Origin: Felis catus
Taxonomy: Eukaryota
Reading direction: 5' to 3'
Assembly (NCBI RefSeq): GCF_018350175.1
Contig: NC_058368.1
Location: 156,366,001-156,430,000, forward strand
Length of the DNA stretch: 64,000 nucleotides
The notes beneath the pieces were generated by a model, which had not been told where the DNA came from, did no database searches, and saw nothing but the letters and a program-made list of their open reading frames with translations. Position 1 is the first letter of the stretch; each line of letters begins with the position of its first letter. Below are positions 20,601-35,600 of the stretch, piece by piece. Both the position numbers and the translations under genes were made by a program.

Positions 20601-23600
20601 TCGTTCTCTAATCAGTAATGAAAAAAAAGTAATATTCTGTTAAAGCTTTGAAAAAATTGTATATGATAATAAAAACTGATAATGAGACTTAAAAACTTAC
20701 CTTGTGCTCATCATGGATGAGTTATATACCCCTTTTCTCACATTTCCCAGCTTTTATGATTACTACTTCCATATTAAATTTTCAATTTAATATTTATCAA
20801 AGTACATATTTCCTTTATATTATTCATTGCTTTACAATTTATCTCATGTAGTCTTTCACAGTATTTCATTGTAGTTATATTTTGACCAAGGGGTCATTCA
20901 ACTCTTAGAGTTATATTAATGTGCATCTTCAGAGTGATTCTGTGACACAATAGCAATTGTAACTGTTTGCAAACATTGTGCTTGGTGACGTCTTAATCTC
21001 TTTAGTATATCTTAATAGATGTAGTTTGCTTGTAAGCTTAAAGAAAACCAAAAAATAATTTTGCACCTAAAGAACTATGTGTAGTTTTAGTTCTGAGGTC
21101 TCCTCATTATCAGCCATACTTTGGAAATGCCTTTTAAAGTTTTCCTTTAGTGGTTGTATTTCCTCTTACTATTTAAGGCAACAGAGAATAATAAGTAAAT
21201 CAATTAATAATGTGTATTTTTGTAGTACCTTATAGTTATAAAACACATTCATATAAATAATCTTTTTGAACCACGTAACAATCCTGTGAAGTCATGAGGG
21301 CAGGAATTGTCTTCATTTTATAGATAGGAAAATTAAATCTCCTTACTAATTTGATTTGCTCCCCAAATTTTTCTCTCTTTTGAGTTCTTGAATCTTTTTT
21401 TTTTTTTTTAGGCTAAAAATGCTGAATTTCCCAGAGGTGTATTAAATTTAATTGAAAGTCTCATAGAAGGACAGTTTTTTAAAGAGGCGATTGAAGAGCT
21501 TTCCTCATTACAGGCACATTATATCCCCCCTGTATGCCTTCTTCATGCTCTCCTAGAGAACATTCTGCAGGTAAGAGTAGTCCTAGGGGTTTATAATCTT
21601 TCAGAGAATGTTAAAATACGGACATTCTCATTTTTTATGTATTTACAGTTTGTCTTTTCAGTATTTTCCCCTCATTTTTAAAATTTATTTGTTTTTAAAT
21701 GTTTTATTTTTGAGAGAGCACAAGTGGGGGAGAGGGCAGAGAGAGAGGGACAGAAGATATGAAGTGGACTCCACACTGACAACAGCAAGGCAGTGTGGGG
21801 CTTGAACTCATCAATTGCGAGATCATGACCTGAGCATCCAGAGTCGGTCGCTCAACCAACTAAGCCACCTAGGTGCCCCTCCCTCATTTTAATAAGAAAT
21901 GCTGTAGCCATATATTACATTTTTTTTGTATATTTTGTATTTGGAGTTATTACAAAACATTTGCTAAAAATTCACAATTTACTATTAGTCCCATAGAACT
22001 AACACAGCAATGGGAGACAAAATGGGACTTAATGAATTTATAGGAATTCAAAATTACACAGCAAGGACTTGGTGGCACAAAAGAGAGCATTGATTGGCTG
22101 CTACAGGAGCATCTCACAGGAGTGATTTGTCTTGGTGAGTTCACCAGGATCCAAGCCTTGGCCTTCACTCTTAGATGTCTACAGCCTGATCTTGGTTATG
22201 TCCCAGAACTCATCCAATTGCAAGAGGTGAAATTATGCTGATTATAGCATAAGATTTAAAAACACGATTTACCTGGTACAGGATGTCAGAAAAAGCAGAG
22301 CAGCATTGTCAGTAATCTTCATTGTCTTCACTGGGTGAGCTGTTTTACAAATGCACTAAGGAACTTGAGTCATTCTGCAATCCTTCAGATGCTGGTTTGG
22401 GATGGGAGAAGTATATTCTGCTACTCTGGTGGAGGACGGTACAACTTTAGGCTAGGTGATGCAGAAGAAGGTGCAGAGGGAAGAGAGGGCTACTACCTCC
22501 CTCATGTTTCTTTTTAGATAATCCCATTGTTGAGCTAGGAGGCAGCACTTTTGTGGAGGCCTGGTTTCCCACATGTGTCCAGGTGGGAGCATGGATCTCC
22601 TGCAGGCACAAGGTTGGTTTCTCATAAAGACTATGTAAGGACTGGGTGTTAGATCTCTCTGGTACATCCCAGCGAGTCCAAGACTTGAGATCGCGGCCCA
22701 TTTCTTTTTTACTTTTAAACTATTTTCTAGGTACTACTTTGAGTGATCTAATTTACTTTCTTAGAATCTCTAAGATAATTTTCTCTTAGGAAAAATTTAT
22801 CTGATTTTTTTCTGTGGCGGTAAAGTAACTAACATAAAAATCTGATAACAATGATCAGGAAAGCCATTTGTACAGTGATAATCATTTTATTCATAGTATA
22901 TGCAGACAATAAACACATTCCTTAAACTGTGAATACCAGCAAGAACAGCTTCTCAAAGGTAGCTTTCTAATTATGTTCTTCATCATAGTGCCAATTTGAA
23001 GAAATAACAAACGTAAGCTATGTCAGACTAATGTTGGTGATAACTAAGCATATTGCATGAAAAGCTTTTTACCTTTAATTCCTCTCAGGTCACATTTGGG
23101 CACTCTTAATCTCACTATAATCATGAAAAGTAGAGTGGACTTTTCATATAAGTTAGTGTCAATAGCTGGGATTACCTAATGTATAGAAACATATTTAGAA
23201 TGTGTGTCTTTCTCAGTTGCAGTGTTTAACTAGTTAATTATAATAACTTCCAAATAGATCTATTTGGGAAGAAAGTTAGGTCATGGTTATTACAGTTTTA
23301 GGCTAGAGGAACAGTTAAAGTGAATTTTTAGCTGTAGCGTTTTACTTGTTTGTTTATTTTTAAACAATAGGATAACATAGATACATTTTCTGGCCGATAC
23401 TTTCATATATTGTCTGCTCTTCTTCACCTACATCCTCCTTGGAAGTCCCCAGCCATGTCAAGATATTACTTAGAGCTGTTTCAGTGTCCAACTTGTATGA
23501 AAGGAGCATGGTCTCTCATAGAAGTGCTTATCAGGTAAGGAATTTGACATGTGAGGATGCTTAATTTTATCTCATTTTGCTATATATGTTTTAGACAAAA

Positions 23601-26600
23601 ATGAAAGAAGTACATTTCATGTTAGAAAAAGTTTATGTGTGTGTATAATATGTTGTATTTCTTATAAAACTCACAAAAAGGTCAAGTCTAGATTGGTCAT
23701 ATTTGTCATTTAGTTTCTTTACAAAAGAAAGAAGTTTAATGAAATAGACAGGAAAAGCAAATCATTATTTGTTTTGATTTTTTTAACAAAATTATATGTG
23801 TATATATTGTTTTAAAATCTAAAATTTATTGAATATGGAGATCATCAAATTTTGGTCATCAAAAGTGTAAACATTGGTATCTGTATATATTCTCTCTTAC
23901 AGTGTTTTGTGGGGTTTTTTTAGCTAGAAATCTGAATTTTGAAACAAATTAGTGTTCCCTAAAGAGTCATTCCTTTTGTGTCTCTGCATGTTTTCTTCCT
24001 AGATTCTTCTTTTTGTCTTGAAGATGTTTCTCTGGAAATCCTTTTTAATTCTCTTTCTTTGTACCAAACCATGAAGTTTTTTTTGTTTTTGTTTTGTTTT
24101 TGTTTTGTTTTTTTCTTCTCTGATAGCTCCCTGTATCTGGTAGCCTGCTTTTGTTTGGAAAGTACTTCCTTATCCAAGTGTTCAGTTTTAGGACACTCCA
24201 TCATGGTGAGAGAAAGGATGCTTGACTAGCCAGGCAAAGGCTAGACCTTTGATTATCTCTTTGAGATTATAATGATTATATCTTTGAGATTATATAAAGA
24301 TATAAAGGTTGTGATATATTGGAAGTGAACTAATCACCTGGCTAGCATGCTTTTTGTTAATTCTTTCAACAAGTGTTTATTGAGTACTTATTGGGAGCCA
24401 GGCACTGTGCAACATATAGGGGATATCTTTTTTTTATCTGGGGATAAAAAGATAAATAAAAAAGCAGTTCCTTCATTTTTTAAAAAAATGATTGTTTATT
24501 TTTGAGAGAGAGCATAGGCACACATGTGAGCAGAGGAAGGGCACAGAGAGAGGGAGAAACAATTGTAAGCAGGTTCCCTGCTGTCAGCTCAGAGCTCTGC
24601 AGAAGGTGGAATTCATGAACCTTGAGATCATGATCTGAGCAAAACTCAAGAAGTTGGGTGCTCAACCAACTGAGCCACCCAGGCGCCAGTTCCTTCACTT
24701 TTGAAGGTGACTGAGATATAAATACAATTCTAAAGCACCAGTACTAGTCCAACATTTGTATAAAATGTGAAGATATATGGGTTATGTATTTACAAATCTG
24801 CATCTTTACTGTTATTGTCATTATTTAAAAGCCCTCATGGCTTCATATGTAAACTATTGCAATACCTGCTTTATTGATCTTGATTCTACTTTTTGCCCTT
24901 TATCTTCCAAAGTACCTCAGTATATTCTTACCAAAGTAATGTTGTCATTTCCCAGATAAAAGTTTTCCATTAACTGACACATCACCTATAAGAGACAATT
25001 GGAATTCCTTAGCAAAACATGTAAGACCTTTTGTGATTTAGCTGCTGTATATGGCTCTATTCTCATCTTCATTATTTTCCCAAATGTGCTCAGTTACTAA
25101 ACTATTTTTCATTTCCTATCCCTTTGCTCTTATGTTTTCTCTGCCTAAATATACCTCTATTCCTGACCCCCATGAATATCTAGCCAATTCCTAATTATAC
25201 TTCAACTTATAACTCAGATGCCACTTCATAATTCTTGCCCTTTCCTCTAAGTTGTTTGTCACTCACTTCAGCTTCTGACTTTTTCAAGAGTAGATGCCCA
25301 GTTTTTCTAAGGCTTTTTTTTTTTAATTCAGGTATAGTTAACACACAGTGTTATATTAGTTTCAGACATACAGTATAACCATTCAACAACTCTTTACATT
25401 ACTCGGTGCTCATAATGGTGAGTGTACTCTTTAATTCCCAATACCTATTTTGGCCATCTACCTACCCATCCATCTCCCTTCTGACATCCACCAGTTTGTT
25501 CTCTGTATCTAAGAGTTTGGTTTATTTTGTCTGTTTATTTATTCATTTATTTTGTTTCTTAAATTCCACATATGAGTGAGATCATGTGGTATTTGGCTTT
25601 CTCTGACTTACTTTTTTCATTTAACATTGTACCATGTGGATCCATCCATGTTGTTGAAAATGGCAAGAGTTTTTGTTTTTTTGTTTTATGGCTGAGTAAT
25701 ACTCCATTGTAAAGAAATTGATTCATCTCTGGATGGATACTTGGGTTGCTTCCATACACTGACTATTGTAGATAATGCTGCAGTAAACACAATGCATATA
25801 TCTTTTCCAATTAGTGTTTTTATTTCCTTTGGGCAAATACCCAGGAGCAGAATTACTGAATCATATGGTTATGTCTATTTTTAATTTTTTGAGGAACCTC
25901 CATACTATTTCCCAAAGTGGCTTCACCAGCTTGCATTAACACCAACTGTACAAGGGTTCCTTTTTCTCCACATCCTTGCCAACACTTGTTTTTTTCTTGA
26001 GTTTTTGATTTTGGCCTTTCTCATAGGTGTGAGGTGATACCATGGTGGTTTTGATTTGCATTTCCCTAACGATGAGTGATGTCAAGCATCTTCTCAAGTG
26101 TCTTTTGGCCATCTGGAAGTCTTCTTTGGAGAAATGTCTGTTCATATCTTCTGCCCATTTTTAATTAGATTATTTGTTTTTTGGGGGTGTTGCATTGTAG
26201 AAGTTCTTTATATATTTTGGCTATTAACCCCTTATCAGATATATCGTTTGCAGATATCTTCTCCCATTCAGTAGGCTGTCTTTTTGTTTTGTTGATGGTT
26301 TCTTTTGCTAGATCCAAGCATTTTATTTTGCTACAGTTCCAGTAGTTTAATTTTGCTTTTATTTTCCTTGCTTTAGGGGACATAGCTAGAAAAATGTTTC
26401 TGCGGCTGATGTCAAAAAGATTGCTGCCTGTGTTTTCTTCTAGGGATTTTATGGTTTCAGGTCTCACATTTAGGTCTTTCATCCATTTTGAGTTTATTTT
26501 TGCATGTGGTGTAAGAAAGTGGTCCAGTTTTATTCTTTAGCATGTAGCTGTCTGTCCAGTTTTCCCAACACCATGTGTTGAAAAGACTGTCTTTTTTTCT

Positions 26601-29600
26601 CATATATTCTTAATCTTCTTTGCCATGGATTAATTGACCACATAATTGTGGGTTTCTTTCTGGGTTTTCTCTTCTATTCCATGGATCTGTGTGTCTCTTT
26701 TTGTGCCAGTACATATGGTTTTTGATTACTACAGCTTTGTACTATATCTTGAAATCGGCGATTGTGATACCTCCAGTTTCATTCTTTTTTTTTTTAATTT
26801 ATTTTTTTTAATGTTTACTAATTTTTGAGAGACAGATTGTGAGTGGGAGGTGGACAGACAGAGAGGGAGACACAGAATCTGAAGCAGGCTCCAGGCTCAG
26901 AGGTGTCAGCACCGAGCCCAACATGGGGCTCGAACTCAAGAACCGCAAGATCATGACCTGAGCTGAAGTCAGACACTTGACCAACTGAACTACCTAGGCA
27001 CCCCCAGTTTTATTCTTCTTAAGATTTCTTTGACTACTGGGGCCTTATGTGGTTCTATTTTAGTATTACTTGTTCTGTCTCTGTAAAAAATGCTGTTGAT
27101 ATTTTGGTAGGGATTGTGTTAAATCTTTAGATTAATTTGAATAGTGTGGGCGTTTTAACAATATTGGTTCTCCCAGCACATGAGCCTGGAATATCTTGCT
27201 TTTTCTTTGTATCACCTTCAGTATCTCTCATCAGTGTTTTATAGTTTTCAAAGAACAGTTCTTTCACTTCCTTGGTTGAATTTATTGCTATGTATTTTAT
27301 ACTTCTTGGTGCAATTGTGGATGGAATGGTTGCCTAATTTTTTCTTTCTGCTACTTCACTACTAGTGTACAGAAATAAAACAGATTTCTATATATTGATT
27401 TTGTATCCTACAACTTGACTGAATTCATTTATCATTTCTTATAGTTTCTTGGTGGAGTCTTTAATATTTTCTTTTTTCTTTTTTTCCTTTTTTTTTTTTT
27501 TTACATTTATTTTTGAGAAAGAGAGAGACAACGTGAGCAGGGGAGGGGCAGAGAGAGAGGGGGACACAGAATCCGAAGCAGGCTTCAGGCTGTGAGCTGT
27601 CAGTACAGAGCCCGATGCAGGGCTTGAACTCAAGAACCGTGATATTATGACGGGAGCCAAAGTTGGTTGCTTAATTGACTGAGCCACCCAGGCACCCCTA
27701 ACATTGTCTATGTATAGTATCCCATCATCATCTGTAAATAGTGAAAGTTGTACTTCTTCCTTACCAATTTGGATGCCTTTTATTTATTTTTCTTGTCTGA
27801 TTGCTGTGACTAGGACTTCCAGTATTATATTGAATAAAAGTAGTGATAGTGCACATCCTTGTCTTGTTCCTGACTTTAGGGGGAAAGCTCTCAGTTTTTC
27901 ACTATTAGGGATGATGTTAGCCATAGGTTTTTCATAAGTGACCTTTAGTATGTTGAGGTATGTTCCCTCAATACCTACTTTGTTGAGGGTTTGTATCATG
28001 AATGGATTTTGTACTTCGTCGACTGCTTTTTCTGTGTCTCTTGAAATGATCATATGGTTTCTATCTTTTCTCTTGTTGATGTGATGTATCATGTTGATTG
28101 ATTTGTGAATATTGAACTACTCTTGCATCCCCTGAATAAGTCCCACTTGATTGTGATGAATTGTTTTTTAGATGTATTGTTAAATTTGGTTTGCTAATAT
28201 TTTGTTGAGAATTTTTACATCTTTATCAGTTATTGGCCTAGAGTTTTCTTTTTTTCTGTGATCTTAATCCAGTTTTGGTATCAAGGTAATGCTGGCCTCA
28301 GAATGAATTTGGAAGCTTTTTTTCCTCCTCTATTTTTTGAAATAGCTTGAAAACAGTAAGTTTTAAATTGTCTTTAAATGTTTGGTAGTATTCACCTGCG
28401 AAATCATCTGGTCCTGGACTTTTGTTTGTTGAGAGATTTTTGATTACTGATTTTCATTGCTAGTAATCAGTCTGTTCAAATTTTCTTTTTTTTCCTGATT
28501 CAATTTTGTGAGGTTATATGTTTCTGGGAATTTATGTTTCTTTTATGTTGTCCAATTTGTTGGCATATAATTTTTTATAATACTCTCATAGTCCTTTATA
28601 TTTCTATGGTTTAAATTGTTATTTCTCCTCTCCTTCATTTCTGAATTTGTTTGAGTCCTGTTTCTAGTTTGTCAATTTTGTTCACCTTTTCAAAAAAGTA
28701 GCTCCTTGTTTCATTGATTTTTTTTAAGTCTCTATTTCATTTATTTCTGCTTTAATCTTTATAATTTCCTTCTTTCTGTTGGCTTTAGGCTTGGTTGTTC
28801 TTTTTAGGTTTAAGGTTGAGTTGTTTACTTGAGATGTTTCTTCTTGAGATAGACCTGTATTGCTATAATCTTCCCTCTTAGAACAGCTTTTGCTGTATTT
28901 CAAAGATTTTGGACCATTATATTTTTATTTTCATTCATCTCTATGTATTTTTTTATTTCCTCTTTGATTTCTTGGTTGACCCATTCATTGTTGAGTAGCA
29001 TGTTATTTAACATCTGTGTATTTGTGTTCCAGTTTTTTTGTGTGTGTGTGGTTGATTACTAGTTTCATACTTTGTGGTCAGAATACATGCGGGATATGAT
29101 TTCAATCTTTTTAAAATTGTTGAGATTTTTTTGTAGCCTAACGTGATCTTTTCTGCAGAATGTTCTGTGTGCATCTGAAAATAAGGTGTATTTTGTAGGT
29201 TTTGGATGGAATGTTCTGAATATATCTGTTAGATCCATCTGTCCAATGTGTCATTCAGTGGCACTATTTCCTGGTTGATTTTCTGTCTAATCTATCCAGT
29301 GATGTAATGGGGTGTTAAAAGTCCCCTACTGCTATTGTATTACTATCAATTTCTTCCTTTATGTCTGTTAATAGTTGCTTTATTTATTTTCACGCTTCCA
29401 TGTTGGGTGCATAAATACTTAAAATTGTTATATCTTCTTCTTGGATTATTCCCTTCTGGTTATGTAGTGTCCTTTGTCTCTTGTTACAGTCTTTGTTTTA
29501 AAGTCTGTTTTGTCTGGTGTAAGTATTGCTACCCCAGCTTTCTTTTTGCTTCCATTTGCATAATGTTTTCCCATCTCTTCACTTAAATGCTCAGTTTTAA

Positions 29601-32600
29601 ACATCTCTATCCTTAGTCTTATACAATATCTGGAATGTAATAAATGCTTAATAAATGTTCAGATCAATTAATTGATACAATAGGAGGTGGAATTACAAGT
29701 AGACTTTTTAATAAACAAATACCCAGATTTCATTTCAAAACAATTGGGTTCATTGGGAGTCAGAAAGAAGGTGTTTAGGGAAGTGGTAGACATATAGATG
29801 AGCTGGATAATATTAGTCTACTTTTAAATATATTTGAAATATTCCCTAAAATATGTTTTTGGGTTTTTTTTTAATTTTTTTCAATTTTTTTTTTTTAAAT
29901 GAAAGATACTATCGTGTCCAGCTCTGGCACTTTTCAGATAGACTAATTATATAGGCATAGAACATCTTCTAGAAGAGATTTGAGTATTGTTAAATTAAAT
30001 TTTAACAGTCATTCATGACCCTCCTAACCTGACAATGTGGTATTCAAAAAGAAGATGGGAAGGTGGAGACAGGTAGAAAATTACAAGTACATTGTTTATA
30101 TAATTGATAATAAATTTGGAACATTATTATAAGTATTGTTACGTAGGATTTCTTAGTCCTAGACTTCTGAGTAATTGCACACCCTCTTAAAAAAAAAAAC
30201 TATACAACTTTGCTGTCCAACCCAGTAGCCAATAGCCACATGTGACCATATTTAATTTTAAGATTAGGGGCGCCTGGGTGGCTCTGTTGCTTGACAACTG
30301 ACTTCGGCTCAGGTCATGATCTTGCAGTTTGTGGGTTCGAGCCCCGTGTCGGGCTCTGTGCTGACAGCTCGGAGCCTGGAGCCTGCTTCGGATTCTGTGT
30401 CTCCCCCTCTCTCTGCCCCTCCCCTGCTCATGCTCTTTCTCTCTCTATCTCTCTCTCTCAATAATAAATAAACATTAAAAAAATTAAAATAAATAAATAA
30501 ATAAATTTAAGATTAAAATTCAAGTCTTCAGTTGCACATTTCACATGTTCAGCAGGACATATCCCATCATCACCGAAAGTTCTGTTGGACAGTACGGCTA
30601 TAGTAGATGAAAAGAAAATATTAAATTTTTAAAAATGCATATTTATTTATTTTAAGAGAGAACACACTCACACCCAAGTATGGGGGCGGGGGGGGGTGGC
30701 GCAGAGAGAGAGGGAGAGAAAGAATCACAAACAGACTCTGTGCTGTCAGCACAGAGCCCAACAGGAGGCAGGAGGCTCTATCCCACAAACCAAATCATGA
30801 CCTGAGCCGATATCTAGAGTCAGATGCTTAGCCGACAGAATGACCCAGGTGCCCCAATATTAAATTTTTTAAACTCTTAAAAAATAGCCTTAAATGACCT
30901 TCATTTTACTAGATAATAACAACAAATAATCTTGAGTAAGAAGAGGACTATAGAAAGTATTCTAAGAGACTGTAGCTTATCATCTGAATTGAAAGTGTTT
31001 AATGAAATACATAATTTTTTGGTCTTTATCAATGAAATAAAGAATAGAGTACCATTTGGCTATTAAATATTACAGTCGTTTACAAACAGAAATGAGATCT
31101 GTATTACTAAAAATTAAATGTCATGAGATATTTGACATGGTTTACTTTTTAAAGGAAGAAAACATACTAATGAAATATTGTTGATTAGTTTTATAGTTTG
31201 TTGAAGCAAATTTCATTAGATTTCTAATAATTCTCTCAAAGAAATACTTTGTCCACAGAATATTCATTAAATTGCATGTATGTTACAAATTATTGGGTTC
31301 ATGTTCTTCAGGTCTTGTCTTTACAATGAAAGTTTTTGTCATCAAATTTCGAAAAATATTATTGGCAGTAAGGTGCTCCACCTGACCCTGCTCAAATTTT
31401 TCTTTAATTTAGTGGAAAGTGAAGTGCGACATCTGAGCCAAAAGTAAGTTTAATCATAAAGAAAAATTTTTCTATATTTATATTGTTTTATGTATTATTT
31501 TTCTAATTTATGTACATCTAAAAAGTCACCTTGTTTTCTAGTTTAAAATAGATTTGTTTTTAAAACATGGTTGTAGACATAGTCTTTCAGTAAAGTTTTT
31601 TATGTTCTTTATGTGGCTTCAGTTCACATTTTTGTTTTTCACTAATTTAGACATTTGGATAGGTAAAATTTCATATATTTTTCAGGGTTTATGTATTTTT
31701 TAATTCTTAAGTAATGGAATACCTAAGTGGAAGTTCTACTGGGTTTTTTAACATTGAATCTGTAATATCCATGATAAGTTTTGTGTATGTTCTAAGACAT
31801 GCAGTTAGATTACTATTTGTGTTTTTTGATCATTATATTGAATTATGACCATTTTTTGTATTGTGCTCTTTATTATAATTTTGTTAAAATCTTTATATAT
31901 TACACCCTTTCTATATTTAGAAATCACTAGATCATTTTGTGTTATGGCAAAAGATATTATGCCTAATGACTATAGTGATCAAGTTGGCATAAAAATATAC
32001 TTTGATTCATATTTTCATTAGGTTGTATGACTGGTCAGATTCTCAGAGTCTGAAAATAACAGGAAAAGCAATTCTTCTTGAAATCTTTTGGTCAGGAAAT
32101 GAGGCCTCTGGGCTTTTGACCAAACCAGTAAATATGCTTTTGGAGTGGACCATATATTCTCACAAGGAAAAATGCAAGTCTAATGATGTAAGTAGAATTG
32201 ATTTACAAATGAATAATGACCTATGAAAAAGCACATCTTTGAGTTACATATCTTTTGTCTTTATTCTTTGAACAGTTTGAATAAAAGTAAAATCTCTCCA
32301 AATGTATCATTGTTTTCTGTTCATTTAGGTTTTATTGTAAAAGATCCTTAGAAGTTGGTTTCTTCATCATCTTACATCTGGGTGTAGTAGCTAGGGACAG
32401 TTTTTTGATCATTACTGCTAAGATATCTGAATTCACTTACTCTAGATTTTTTACTTTTGTACAATTTCAATTCTTACGGAACCTATGATTTTAAAAACTG
32501 AGTCCATACAATTTTTTGTGTGTACAAATAGAAAGTTTTACTTGTTTTTAAAACTACCTTTGTGGTTGTTAGTTATTTCTTCATAAGTAGATCTTGCTTG

Positions 32601-35600
32601 TCATTAGAAATTTAAAGTACGGTGATTTTAGTGTATTACCTATCTGAAGGGTAGTTGGGAAAATTAAATGCACTGAAATATGTAAGGTGCATTGCAACAT
32701 ACTGTGCCATGTTTTGGATGCATAATAACCATTTATCACCTTTCTTCTCTTGAGAATAATCTGCCTTTGGGACTTAATTGTCTGCTTTTTGTGTGTTAAT
32801 ATCATTGATTTCTGCTTATAATTTTTTTCAGACTGTTATTTAAATTATAGTTAGTGAACATACAGTGCAATATTGGTTTAAGCAGTAGAATTCAGTGATT
32901 CATCACTTACATATAACACCCAGTGCTCATCACAAGTGCCCTCCTTAATACCCATCACCCAACTAGCCCATGCCCCACCACCTCCCTCTGTTCTCTGTCA
33001 TTAAGAGTCTCTCAGCTGTTCATAATTTTTTTAGTTCTTTCCTTTTATATCTTGAATATTTGGATCTATTTTCTTTTTAGTCCTTATTTCTAATATACTC
33101 AAAATAAATTGCCTTTGACTACAGATTGAGATTTATTCACAGGTTTTAATACTTCAGTGTGCTGTTAGTGTTTTTTTTTTTCCCCAATGTTTTTTTATTG
33201 TCAGTTATGAATTCTTTGATTCAAGAAGCATTTTAATATGCTTTAAAACTTCTAAATGGATATATTTTTGTTATGATTAATGGATATGTTTGTTTGTGCT
33301 TTTTTGTTAATTTCTAATGTAAATTATAGTTAAAAAAATGAGCCCTGTATTTCTGGCATGTGAAGTTAACTGAACTTTACTTTTCGAGTCCATGTAAGAT
33401 CAGAGTAAACAGTATGTTTTCCCCATTGTTTTAAATTCCTCTCTGTCACTTTTAAGTCAAATTCAGTAATTGCCTTAATTAATACTTCTGAATCTACTTT
33501 GTAAATTTGTTCCTTTTTTCTTTCTTTCTTTTTTTTTTTTTTAACCATTTGTTTGTGTAGATGATGCATAGTTTTTAGGTGGAGAATTCTGGTGTCAAAT
33601 GGCCATAAGTCTATTCTTTCTCCAGGAAAATTCTTACATAGTTTCTCTTCTCATATTTCCTCTGACTGACTTTTTCTGCTCTACTTTTTTTTAGTTCCAA
33701 TTAAACTTACTATACTTTCTCCATGTATCTTCTGTGCTTTTTCCCTGTCATCTAGATTTTCAGGTCTTTCATATTGTGAAGCATTCTGGGTAGTGTCTTT
33801 TCGTTTAATTTTTAATTCACTAGTCTCTTTTCAGTAGTGTCTAATATGTTGTTAAACATGACTATTGCATTTTTACGTTTTGTATTTTTGCCAGTTTTAG
33901 ACGTTTTTACTTCCTAATTACTATGACGTGTTTTTATGGTTTCTGGTTGTCTACAAAATATTCAAGGTTTTCTTTCGTTTTTCAACGTGGCAGTAGTAAA
34001 TTTATAGTCTTTGACTGACTGTTGCATATCTGAAGGCTTCGTAAGTCTACCTGTTTTCTCCTGTTAACTTCTCTTGTGTTTTATATATTCTCTTATGAGC
34101 TAGTTATCATTTACTATATGCCATAAATCACATTTGAAAAATTATTTGTAAAAACAATAACATGACAAAGACAGAATATCTTCCTCTGGAGAGAATTTCT
34201 GTTGCCAGGGTTGAGGGTTTCTGGGTAATCCCAAGTGAAGTACAGGGCTACAAATACAGTTTTTATTAGGCCTTGGGCTATGGCTTTTATACTCCTTTTC
34301 CTCTGGGCTCCAAAAACCACAGTTTTGTATCTCAGCTCTTTCTCTGGATTCAACAAGTGTCCTTAGGGTAAAGTCATCTAGCTTTGAGTGCCTCATTTGG
34401 CTTTTTACCTTCTCCTAGATCTTGACTTAGCAATTTCTTAATAGGTTTCCGGAAGATGTTTTACCTATTTTATTCAACATTTTTAGTTTTCTTCTTTAAC
34501 AGCATATATTTGAATTACTTAGGCCTCTATTATCAGAAATGGAAGCCCTTACTGGTCTTTCAGAATTCTGTTTAGGTGGTACCTGAGGCTTTAAAAAAAG
34601 AAAATTCTTTTAAAGGCCTCAAACTTTCTTTAATTTGGCATTAAAAAGGGAGAATTATTTCCGAGTATTGCTTGTCTCTGTGACCAAGGAGTTGTATTAT
34701 GTGGCAATAACCAAGTGAGTAGTCTTATTTAAAAAAACAGGGTTAAAAAAAAAAATAGGGTTATATACATGTGTATAAGTTAGTCAACATAAAATGATAC
34801 TTCATCGGCAGTTGAGTTTAATACTTCTGTAATACTTTTAAGATAAAACTGATAACATTCTGGGGCGCCTGGGTGGCTCAGTCGGTTAAGCGTCCGACTT
34901 CGCTCAGGTCATGATCTCACGGTCCGTGGGTTCGAGCCCTGCGTCGGGCTCTGGGCTGACAGCTCAGAGCCGGGAGCCTGTTTCGGATTCTGTGTCTCCC
35001 TCTTTCTCTGACTCTCCCCTATTCATGCTCTCTCTCTGTCTCAAAAATAAATAAATGTTAAAAAAAATTAAAAAAAAACTGGTAACATTCTTATTAATTA
35101 CTGTCTGTCTTTTTATGTACTTTTTAGATCATAGAATCATTAGGGATAGAAAATATTTTCTTATTATGGAGCATTTCTTTTTTATCCATTTGGGTTATAT
35201 AGATTAAATTACTCATTTATAACTGAAAATAATAATAACACTGACATTTTCACAGTTTTACAAAAGTACTGTCAAAGATAGAAATTTACTCAGGAAATGC
35301 TGATGTAAATAATAACAGATTTACCCGTATTTAACTTAAAGATTTTTGTTCAGATTTTTAAATAAATTAAACATTTTGTGAAGCATTGCAGTTGTAGCAT
35401 CGGTTATAATATTAGAACTTGACAGATTAAACTTTAAACTTGACAGATTAATATTTTATTTAACATTTGAATTGTGTAAATTCATATAAACTGGTTTTTG
35501 TGTGTATGTGTTACCTTATCTGCTAGAATTCTTTCTTGAACTAATTAAATCTTTTTGGCAGTTTCCAATTTCAAGAATTCCATGCATGTTCACAGACATC

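Noticed and set aside
1..29584. Retrotransposition-competent L1
   Set aside because: Both large L1s have many stops, frameshifts, deletions and nested SINEs.
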